A stretch of DNA of 32,000 nucleotides from an uncultured bacterium. Its GTDB lineage: Bacteria; Patescibacteriota; Gracilibacteria; UBA1369; PNNO01. Made by a program: the position numbers and the translations under genes. The notes beneath the pieces are model-generated. The model was not told the origin of the DNA and made no database searches. It saw only the letters and a list, made by a program, of their open reading frames with translations. Below are positions 1 through 5,384 of the stretch, one piece after another. The DNA is taken from contig OY969931.1 in assembly GCA_963704705.1 (NCBI GenBank), positions 810,001 through 842,000 of the forward strand, read 5' to 3'. How positions within the stretch are numbered: the stretch's first letter is position 1; every line of letters starts with the position of its first letter.

Positions 1-164
1 TGAGTGCTGCTTTCCTCTGCAGTTGCAGAAATATGATCATTTTTCTTATCATTCTCTTTAAAGAAGTTTTTCAAAAATTCACAAAAAGGTGGGTAATAAG
101 TTCTTTCAGTGCCAATATCTTTAATTTTTTTAATTTCCTGTTGAAATTGTTGTAAAGAATTCAT
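1..164 (-). CDS. Partial CDS (N-terminal ~54 codons; gene continues past window start); possibly the N-terminus of a fused restriction/DNA-methyltransferase (type IIG-like) enzyme
   Basis: ATG at 164..162, open to position 1: MNSLQQFQQEIKKIKDIGTERTYYPPFCEFLKNFFKENDKKNDHISATAEESST. The segment G-T-E-R-T-Y-Y-P-P-F-x-x-F-L resembles, from memory, the E-H-S-Y-R-P-A-L-x-x-L-L N-terminal motif of class I SAM-dependent DNA methyltransferase/type IIG enzymes. Not verifiable here. Confidence 0.35.
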   Translation of the reverse strand, partial: MNSLQQFQQEIKKIKDIGTERTYYPPFCEFLKNFFKENDKKNDHISATAEESST

Positions 165-363
165 CAAATATAATAAATATAAAACATTTCATTTATATCA
201 CGAAAAACTTATATGCTCAATTTATTGAATGATTATTTAATATGTTCTTTTATTTTCTTTTTCAATTTCTGAACACTTCTATTATTTACTAATTTTTGAC
301 CTATACTAAGTAATTCATAATAAACAGCATCTTTCTCTGCAGAGCTTTTCTTTCGCGAATACT

Positions 364-891
364 TTATCCCAAAATTACAAACTTTGTTTCTTTGGATTTA
401 CGCGAAGTATCATAATGCGCTCCACCGAGTTTATTACAAACATATTTAATAACATCTTCAGGATAAATAATCTGACCATGAATAATAAAACTAGGTTGTT
501 TCAAATATTCACTAAGCTTTATAGGCCTATTTTTCTGTTTCTTACTTAGCTTATACATTTTTTTTGCTTCTTCATTTGAAGTTTCTTTATTTAATTCTTG
601 AAATTTGGAAATTTTAAGACCTTTATATTTTGCTCCACCAGCTTGATAAAAAGTAGTATTTCCAACGGAATCTAAACTATCTTTTCTATTAGAATCATGA
701 AGAAGAATCTTGATTTCAATATTCATCATTTTTGCCGCCTTCAATAATTTCCCATAAACAATTAAATTTCTAAGGACATTACTTGATCTTCGTAGAGAAT
801 CATCAGCAATAACTTGATTCCATTCTTTGGTGATATATTCAATATCCTCAGCAACAAGTTGCAACAAATCATTGTCCATATTTAAAACCAT
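364..891 (-). CDS. Hypothetical protein, 175 aa, no family recognised
   Basis: ORF track ATG..TAA. It sits directly downstream of the structured region/small ORF on the same strand and upstream of the partial gene at 1-164. Contains ...CNKLGGAHYDTSRK... but no motif I can assign. Confidence 0.6.
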   Translation of the reverse strand: MVLNMDNDLLQLVAEDIEYITKEWNQVIADDSLRRSSNVLRNLIVYGKLLKAAKMMNIEIKILLHDSNRKDSLDSVGNTTFYQAGGAKYKGLKISKFQELNKETSNEEAKKMYKLSKKQKNRPIKLSEYLKQPSFIIHGQIIYPEDVIKYVCNKLGGAHYDTSRKSKETKFVILG

Positions 892-915
892 ATATTTATA
901 CTTAATTTTACTAAA

Positions 916-1228
916 ACAGAGGCATAAGAGTTCACCTAACTAATATTAATTAGGTGTGGATTTCCGGTGTCGCGGTACACGAACCGTCTTTCCACTAGGC
1001 AAGCGTTTAGTATACGGTTTCACCGGTACTATTTTCTTACCTTTGGCTGTTTTAGCCATAGTAGAATGGGTTAAGAATAATAATGAGCGTAGGTTTAGTG
1101 TACGCCCAAGTTCAGCTACTACTTTTGTAATAACCAAACGGGGCGACTAAACTCTAGCCATTAATTCAACCCATTCTTTTGGGCTCAACCTTGCTTATGC
1201 CTCCATTTCAAAGAGCTAAAAATTAGCA
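916..1228 (-). ncRNA. Candidate structured RNA or long structured 5' leader (~290 nt), family unknown
   Basis: The complementary segments are fully nested (plus-strand coordinates). 916-928/1194-1206 gives 13 bp as minus-strand RNA, with core GAGGCATAAG/CTTATGCCTC. 1063-1072/1168-1177 is AGAATGGGTT/AACCCATTCT (10 bp). 1093-1099+1103-1107 pairs with 1141-1152 (7+5 bp, 3-nt bulge). Further pairs are 1044-1048/1054-1058, 964-969/1021-1026 (CCGGTG/CACCGG), 982-987/1014-1019, and the palindrome 933-944/945-956. The region is locally GC-richer than its flanks, and a canonical promoter lies immediately upstream. Confidence 0.4.
946..1059 (-). CDS. Possible small basic protein, 37 aa from the ATG (the track gives a 63-aa TTG-start version, 946..1137)
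   Basis: MAKTAKGKKIVPVKPYTKRLPSGKTVRVPRHRKSTPN. The ATG at 1059..1057 sits inside a 5-bp hairpin (1044-1048/1054-1058). No clear Shine-Dalgarno. It overlaps the structured-RNA candidate, so it may be either a real micro-protein or a chance ORF. Confidence 0.3.
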   Translation of the reverse strand: MAKTAKGKKIVPVKPYTKRLPSGKTVRVPRHRKSTPN

Positions 1229-1249
1229 CTTGGTATTATAGAGTGCTAA
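1223..1249. promoter_or_regulatory. 8-bp perfect inverted repeat bracketing the -10 box (candidate operator)
   Basis: TTAGCACT (1223-1230) and AGTGCTAA (1242-1249). The 11-nt spacer contains the TATAAT hexamer. Confidence 0.4.
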
Positions 1250-1262
1250 TTTAAAAAGTCAA
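1235..1262 (-). promoter_or_regulatory. Sigma70-type promoter TTGACT-N16-TATAAT reading toward 1228 and lower coordinates
   Basis: The minus strand has -35 TTGACT (1262..1257), a 16-nt spacer and -10 TATAAT (1240..1235). Confidence 0.5.
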
Positions 1263-1290
1263 TTATAATTTGTGTTAAAATAAATTATAA

Positions 1291-1380
1291 TTCGGCTATC
1301 CACCGGATCAACAAAAGCTCGCTACTGAAAACATATTGAAACAGGCAGAGCTACTTGCTGATGAATGGGTGGAGAAATAA
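1291..1380 (+). pseudogene. Start-less ORF fragment, possibly a relic of a type I specificity-subunit (HsdS)-like C-terminus
   Basis: Open frame without a Met: FGYPPDQQKLATENILKQAELLADEWVEK*. The P-P-x-x-Q-x-x-[LI]-A pattern loosely recalls the conserved P-P-L-x-E-Q-x-x-I motif of HsdS. Weak, memory-based. Confidence 0.15.
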
Positions 1381-1520
1381 ATAGAAGTTGCCAACGTTAA
1401 AAAAGCGATTCCAATAGAAATTATCGCAACAATCATAGATTTTTTACTAAAACTCTCGTGCTTCTTGTAATTCAATATATTCTAAATAATTAAAATACGC
1501 ACCCGGTGTTACACGGATAC

Positions 1521-1730
1521 CTATTTCACCATGGGTTTCATAAGGATTAACATCAAAAACATAAATGATAACGAAATTAAATCATCATAATCGTTTATTT
1601 TTTTATTTTTATCATAATTAAAACCTTTAGATATCAAATATTCATATAACTCATCAAATTTGATACCCTTATTTACATTTTCAACTGCATATTCTAAAAC
1701 TGTTATATAAAGGTCCTTGTCGTTTTTCAT
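1521..1730 (-). CDS. Hypothetical small protein, 69 aa
   Basis: ORF track. It starts 19 nt after the stop of the nuclease-like gene on the same strand. The N-terminal 45 aa look protein-like and the hydrophobic tail is uncertain. Confidence 0.4.
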   Translation of the reverse strand: MKNDKDLYITVLEYAVENVNKGIKFDELYEYLISKGFNYDKNKKINDYDDLISLSFMFLMLILMKPMVK

Positions 1731-1749
1731 TTTTCATTATTATTTATAT

Positions 1750-2673
1750 CTACTTCTCAAACTTTTCAAATACCTGCCTTATCAAAAACATGGCATAAGC
1801 AATATCATCATTTGAATGAACATCAAAAAGAGTAATGTGCTTATTATAATATTTATAGCTATTTTTCATATAACGTGCTCTTTTCTCGGGGTCTTTTAAA
1901 TCTTTGGGCTGAGTTCTATTTAAACCTACTTCAACTTTTGACTTATAAATTCTTAAGCTTACTACAACAGATTTCCCTATTTTATAACCTATATATTGCT
2001 TCTGTGGACTTTCTTCTATTGAAGGCCCTAAAGCAAACAACTCATTACTTAAAGCTTCATATAATTCACGTGATTCCTCCCACCCTTCCTTAAAATGATC
2101 TTCAACCGAGTATTTTTTAACTTCTTTGCTGACTTTTTCAATTGTTTTGTCTTTGGTTACTGTTTTTATTGATTCACTTGCCTCATGCGACTTAATTTGA
2201 TTGTAAAGAATTGTATTGTTGTCGTACTTTTTAACTTCCCACAGCTCAATTGGAAGATCTTTGAAATTTATTGAATTTCTTTGATAAGGCGTGAAACCGT
2301 TTGCAACAAAAAGAACTCTCGACTGAGACCAATCAACATCTTCTCTTTTTAAATTATCTTTCATCCGTTCGTTATATTCTAAAATAAAATCCGCCTTATT
2401 GTTTAACATCAGAGACAAATAAGCGAACCCCTGATCTACAACACTAAAACTGCGATCACGCTTATATTCAATTATTACAAAAGATTTAGTTTCAGTATCA
2501 AATGCAAGCGTATCAATGCGAAAATTCTGCAACTTAAATTCAGTTGCAATAAAATCCAGCCCAAAAACAGTATCAAGATTATCTTCAGTCAATTTTTGCA
2601 AATCTTTCTCCAACTTTATTTTTAATTCCTTTATTGAAATGAGTTTGTTTTTGTTGATTTGAAAAATTGGCAT
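1750..2673 (-). CDS. PD-(D/E)xK nuclease-fold protein (NucS/DUF91-like N-terminal part) with a DUF5655-like C-terminal domain
   Basis: N-terminal ...EKDLQKLTEDNLDTVFGLDFIATEFKLQNFRIDTLAFDTETKSFVIIEYKRD...VDQGFAYLSLM fits the D...(E/I)-E-x-K core typical of NucS/DUF91-type nucleases. C-terminal ...KQYIGYKIGKSVVVSLRIYKSKVEVGL... resembles DUF5655. Confidence 0.7.
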   Translation of the reverse strand: MPIFQINKNKLISIKELKIKLEKDLQKLTEDNLDTVFGLDFIATEFKLQNFRIDTLAFDTETKSFVIIEYKRDRSFSVVDQGFAYLSLMLNNKADFILEYNERMKDNLKREDVDWSQSRVLFVANGFTPYQRNSINFKDLPIELWEVKKYDNNTILYNQIKSHEASESIKTVTKDKTIEKVSKEVKKYSVEDHFKEGWEESRELYEALSNELFALGPSIEESPQKQYIGYKIGKSVVVSLRIYKSKVEVGLNRTQPKDLKDPEKRARYMKNSYKYYNKHITLFDVHSNDDIAYAMFLIRQVFEKFEK

Positions 2674-2756
2674 TTTAAAAATTTAATGATAAACATATAC
2701 TGATATAGCATAAAAAAGCCAAATTCTCAATAAAGATCAGGCTTGTCACCAAAATT

Positions 2757-2897
2757 TCACATACTCTCCCAAACCTCTATCGCATCATCATAATCAATGC
2801 CAAGTTCCTCAGACAATTCAATCACTTCTTCGGCATCTTCTTTGTCCAAATCATAATCATTCATAACGTTAATTGTTTCTTCTTCATCATCAATCAT
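2757..2897 (-). CDS. Possible 46-aa hyper-acidic protein (below the ORF-track size cutoff)
   Basis: Manual translation: MIDDEEETINVMNDYDLDKEDAEEVIELSEELGIDYDDAIEVWESM*. It has 20 D/E and 1 K. ATG at 2897..2895, TGA at 2759..2757, 84 nt upstream of the nuclease-like gene on the same strand. Confidence 0.4.
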   Translation of the reverse strand: MIDDEEETINVMNDYDLDKEDAEEVIELSEELGIDYDDAIEVWESM

Positions 2898-2954
2898 AAA
2901 AATTTGATATAATTACAGCATAATAATAATCAATATTAATCAAAATTTCCACTC

Positions 2955-3401
2955 ATGCACCTCCCCACCGCCATCAAACAGCTCTGCAAAATCACTGCGC
3001 AGCTAAAGAAGTCTCACAAGTCAAAGCACTTCACGCTTGATGGAAGGCTTGTTGGTGATCTTGGCGAGGTTTTGGCCGAGCAAAACTATAAGCTCACGCT
3101 GTTTGAGAAACTGGAAAAGGATTACGATGCAATTACATCCGATAACAAAAAGGTCCAGATAAAAGCCACTTTTAAGGATCATATCACCTACCCTGCCAAT
3201 TATACTCCTGAAATGCTTCTTGCTATTAAAATCAACCCGGACGGCACCTTTGAAGAGATATATAACGGTCCGGGCAAATACGTGGGAGAGCTGATCAAAG
3301 GGCGGAAAGCACCATATAACAGGCTGCACAGGCTTGCGGTGAAGAAACTGCGGGAGATAAATAAGCGGGTTAAGGGGAAAGAGAGGGTGGAGAGGAGATA
3401 A
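2955..3401 (+). CDS. Small PD-(D/E)xK-like protein (resembles DUF6998-type proteins), 148 aa
   Basis: ...FTLDGRLVGDLGEVLAEQNYKLTL...YDAITSDNKKVQIKATFKD... gives a D...Q-I-K core. The gene is visibly GC-richer than its neighbours. Confidence 0.6.
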   Translation: MHLPTAIKQLCKITAQLKKSHKSKHFTLDGRLVGDLGEVLAEQNYKLTLFEKLEKDYDAITSDNKKVQIKATFKDHITYPANYTPEMLLAIKINPDGTFEEIYNGPGKYVGELIKGRKAPYNRLHRLAVKKLREINKRVKGKERVERR

Positions 3402-3407
3402 ATCTTT

Positions 3408-3469
3408 CCGCTCCACTTCGCTCCAAAAGAGCCTCCGCTCGCTAACGCTCGCTGCGGCTCCGGAGGCTC
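3408..3469 (+). repeat. GC-rich intergenic repeat element, copy A (R1 + R2 motifs)
   Basis: R1 is CGCTCC-A-CTT-CGCTCC-AAAA (3409-3428). R2 is CTCGCTGCGGCTCCGG (3448-3463). A 9-bp stem GAGCCTCCG (3429-3437)/CGGAGGCTC (3461-3469) is also present. The element starts 7 nt after the stop of 2955..3401. Confidence 0.7.
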
Positions 3470-3505
3470 GAGAATGTTAATGATGACCGTTGACGTAATT
3501 CTAGC

Positions 3506-3511
3506 TATAAT
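3506..3511 (+). promoter_or_regulatory. Perfect TATAAT -10 box upstream of 3538..4380 (the -35 is only aTGACc)
   Basis: TATAAT at 3506-3511 and ATGACC at 3483-3488 with a 17-nt spacer. Confidence 0.3.
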
Positions 3512-3537
3512 GAAATTGAATCAATAACCACTATTAT

Positions 3538-4380
3538 ATGTCATTTTTTAAATCTTTGTTTGGCGGAAACCAAACTTCTCAACAAAACGATCAGGATCAG
3601 CTTGAGAACTATTTTAAAGAACTTCAGAAAGAGGTTACTAATGATTTAGAACAACTTTATGTTGATAGTTTAAAAGATATTAAAAAAGTTAAACCATTTT
3701 TTGATTTATTTAAAGTTACTGATTTTTATTTTGCTGGGTCTATAGAGGGTGATGTGGAAAAAATTGAAGATGGTTCAGTAAAATCAACTGAAAACACAAA
3801 ATTATCCTTTAATATGTTCCCTATTCAAGGCAAACCAATGTGTCCGTTTTTTACAAGTTACGAAAAAATGCAGGAATCACTTGGTAAAACCGGAACTCCA
3901 AATTATATAAAAATAAAATTTAAGGATTTCTACCATCCAAAAAGCAAAGATACTTTTATTATGAATCCGGGCTTTGTAATGGTTAAAATTTTCCCTCCTG
4001 AAACCATTATGGGAATTCTTGATGATAGTCTGATCAAATCAATGGCCCCAGAACTTGAAAAAGGCACTAAATTGCAAATCGGAATCCCCAAAGAGGTACC
4101 TGAAGAATTTTTTAAAGAACTTGTTCTTTATGCCTCAAAACAAAAAGCAATTAAAGAAATTTATTATGCACTTGTAATAGATTCTCAGCATGGTCAAAGA
4201 ATAGCTTTGGCAATTAAATTTGATGATGTTTCAGAAGGAACGAGTGTATATTTTGGTGATATTCAAGAGCTGGTTGAAAAAAATGATGTTGGCTATGGCG
4301 GATTTGTAGATATGGCTGAATTAAAAGATTCAAATCAATTGGCTCAGGGTATTAAAGAGTCCGGAGAAAGATTGTATTAA
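3538..4380 (+). CDS. SseB family protein (N- and C-terminal SseB-like regions), 280 aa
   Basis: ...GKPMCPFFTSYEKMQESL... matches the P-F-F-T-S-x-E motif of E. coli SseB (VIPFFTSLEALQ). The C-terminal ...AIKEIYYALVIDSQHGQRIALAIKFDD... parallels the SseB C-terminal region. Confidence 0.55.
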   Translation: MSFFKSLFGGNQTSQQNDQDQLENYFKELQKEVTNDLEQLYVDSLKDIKKVKPFFDLFKVTDFYFAGSIEGDVEKIEDGSVKSTENTKLSFNMFPIQGKPMCPFFTSYEKMQESLGKTGTPNYIKIKFKDFYHPKSKDTFIMNPGFVMVKIFPPETIMGILDDSLIKSMAPELEKGTKLQIGIPKEVPEEFFKELVLYASKQKAIKEIYYALVIDSQHGQRIALAIKFDDVSEGTSVYFGDIQELVEKNDVGYGGFVDMAELKDSNQLAQGIKESGERLY

Positions 4381-4455
4381 TTCTCACATCACCTTTGTTT
4401 AGAGAGTTTGTCGGTGTATCCTATGGAAAGCGATTTGATTATAGATCCTTAGCAG

Positions 4456-4490
4456 CCGTCCCGGGACGGAATTTTGTTTAAATTTTTTTA
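4456..4490 (+). terminator. Intrinsic terminator candidate: perfect 14-nt palindrome CCGTCCCGGGACGG followed by a T-rich tract
   Basis: CCGTCCCGGGACGG (4456-4469) followed by AATTTTGTTTAAATTTTTTT. It lies 76 nt downstream of the 3538..4380 stop. Confidence 0.55.
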
Positions 4491-4496
4491 GATTTT

Positions 4497-4518
4497 TTTA
4501 ATCAAAATTTAATAATTG
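4497..4518 (+). repeat. AT-rich conserved box TTTAATCAAAATTTAATAATTG (copy 1)
   Basis: 21/22 identical to 6651-6672. A shorter TTAATCAAAATTT is also present at about 2936-2949. In both full copies it follows a terminator hairpin and precedes a TTGAC -35-like box. Confidence 0.6.
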
Positions 4519-4534
4519 TCAGCTAATATTAATC

Positions 4535-4563
4535 TTGACCTCCAACTAATAACGCGATACAAT
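4535..4563 (+). promoter_or_regulatory. higBA promoter TTGACC-N17-TACAAT
   Basis: -35 at 4535-4540, a 17-nt spacer, -10 at 4558-4563. The ATG of higB is at 4593. Confidence 0.6.
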
Positions 4564-4584
4564 ATTAACGGAGGGCGTTAATAT
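4562..4584. promoter_or_regulatory. Perfect 9-bp inverted repeat (candidate HigA operator) overlapping the -10 end and the RBS
   Basis: ATATTAACG (4562-4570), GAGGG, then CGTTAATAT (4576-4584). The central GGAGGG doubles as a Shine-Dalgarno. Confidence 0.55.
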
Positions 4585-4592
4585 CCTGCCAG

Positions 4593-4874
4593 ATGATAAA
4601 AACCTTTAACTGCAAAGAGACTCAAAGGCTCTTCCACAGAATCAAATCACTCAAACTTCCCGGCGACATACAAAAAACAGCGCTGCGAAAGCTTAATATG
4701 ATACATGCTGCTGCAAACATAAATGACCTGCGCATTCCTCCATCGAACCATCTGGAATTGCTGAAAGGCGAACGCAAAGGAAAGCACAGCATAAGAATAA
4801 ATGATCAATGGCGGATAATATTCAATTGGCAGCAGGGCAACGCTTACGAAGTTGAAATAACCGATTACCACTAA
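4593..4874 (+). CDS. higB: Type II toxin HigB (RelE/ParE superfamily, 'plasmid maintenance system killer' type)
   Basis: MIKTFNCKETQRLF...LRIPPSNHLELLKGERKGKHSIRINDQWRIIFNWQQGNAYEVEITDYH is the canonical HigB-type layout and ending (..V.I.DYH). It is followed 5 nt later by higA. Confidence 0.9.
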   Translation: MIKTFNCKETQRLFHRIKSLKLPGDIQKTALRKLNMIHAAANINDLRIPPSNHLELLKGERKGKHSIRINDQWRIIFNWQQGNAYEVEITDYH

Positions 4875-4879
4875 TCAAT

Positions 4880-5191
4880 ATGACTAAAAGAGGACGGCTA
4901 AAACCCACACATCCCGGTGAAATTCTCATGGAGGAATTTCTAAAACCCATGAAGATTTCGCAATATCGTCTTGCAAAAGACATAAATGTGCCGCCAAGGC
5001 GCATAAATGAGATAGTCAAGGGCATCCGCTCAATAACTGCTGACACAGCTTTAAGATTTGCCAAGTTTTTCGGGAACTCACCTGAATTCTGGCTTAATCT
5101 TCAATCTCACTATGCATTAGAGGTCGAATCAGATAAATTAGAAAACATTCTTGAAAAAGAAGTAAAAGTGTTTTCTTTGAATACTGCATAA
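4880..5191 (+). CDS. higA: Antitoxin HigA (XRE-type HTH)
   Basis: HPGEILMEEFLKPMKISQYRLAKDINVPPRRINEIVKGIRSITADTALRFAKFFGNSPEFWLNLQSHYAL is the canonical HigA sequence pattern. Confidence 0.9.
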   Translation: MTKRGRLKPTHPGEILMEEFLKPMKISQYRLAKDINVPPRRINEIVKGIRSITADTALRFAKFFGNSPEFWLNLQSHYALEVESDKLENILEKEVKVFSLNTA

Positions 5192-5214
5192 AATAAACCC
5201 ATGAAAGACAAATT

Positions 5215-5303
5215 CGCTCCGCTTCGCTCCAAACGCTTCATGCGCTATCGCGCATTCCATAGATCCTTCGCTCGCCGCTAATCGCGGCTCGCTGCGGCTC
5301 CGG
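5215..5303 (+). repeat. GC-rich intergenic repeat element, copy B (R1 + hairpin + R2)
   Basis: R1 is CGCTCC-G-CTT-CGCTCC-AAACG (5215-5235). The hairpin is ATGCGC-tatc-GCGCAT (5240-5255). CATAGATCCTT is shared with 4439-4450. R2 is CTCGCTGCGGCTCCGG (5288-5303), identical to copy A. Confidence 0.7.
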
Positions 5304-5353
5304 TATTATGAGGGAAGGGATGAGGTTTTACATTAAAGAAAAAATGGATTTTA

Positions 5354-5362
5354 TGGTATAAT
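5354..5362 (+). promoter_or_regulatory. Extended -10 promoter element TGgTATAAT upstream of 5385..6473
   Basis: TG at 5354-5355 and TATAAT at 5357-5362, 22 nt before the ATG. No good -35. Confidence 0.35.
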
Positions 5363-5384
5363 AATATGATATATAAAACAAAAA

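Noticed and set aside
956-1150. Plus-strand 64-aa ORF from the track
   Set aside because: It lies antisense to the promoter-driven minus-strand structured region/small ORF. It has no promoter or RBS and its sequence is low-complexity. It is probably open only because the region is locally GC-richer.
916-1228. Known RNA classes for the structured region: tmRNA, RNase P RNA, SRP RNA, T-box leader, retron msr/msd
   Set aside because: There is no GGGG...CCACCA tRNA-like ends or ANDENYALAA-type tag (tmRNA), no GAGGAAAGUCC near the 5' end (RNase P), and no SRP domain IV motif. The stretch GUGUACCGCG superficially resembles the T-box core (GGUGGUACCGCG), but it lacks the UGGN bulge and a specifier/Stem I context, and the downstream gene is not amino-acid related. 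The closing inverted repeat resembles retron a1/a2, but no reverse transcriptase is nearby.
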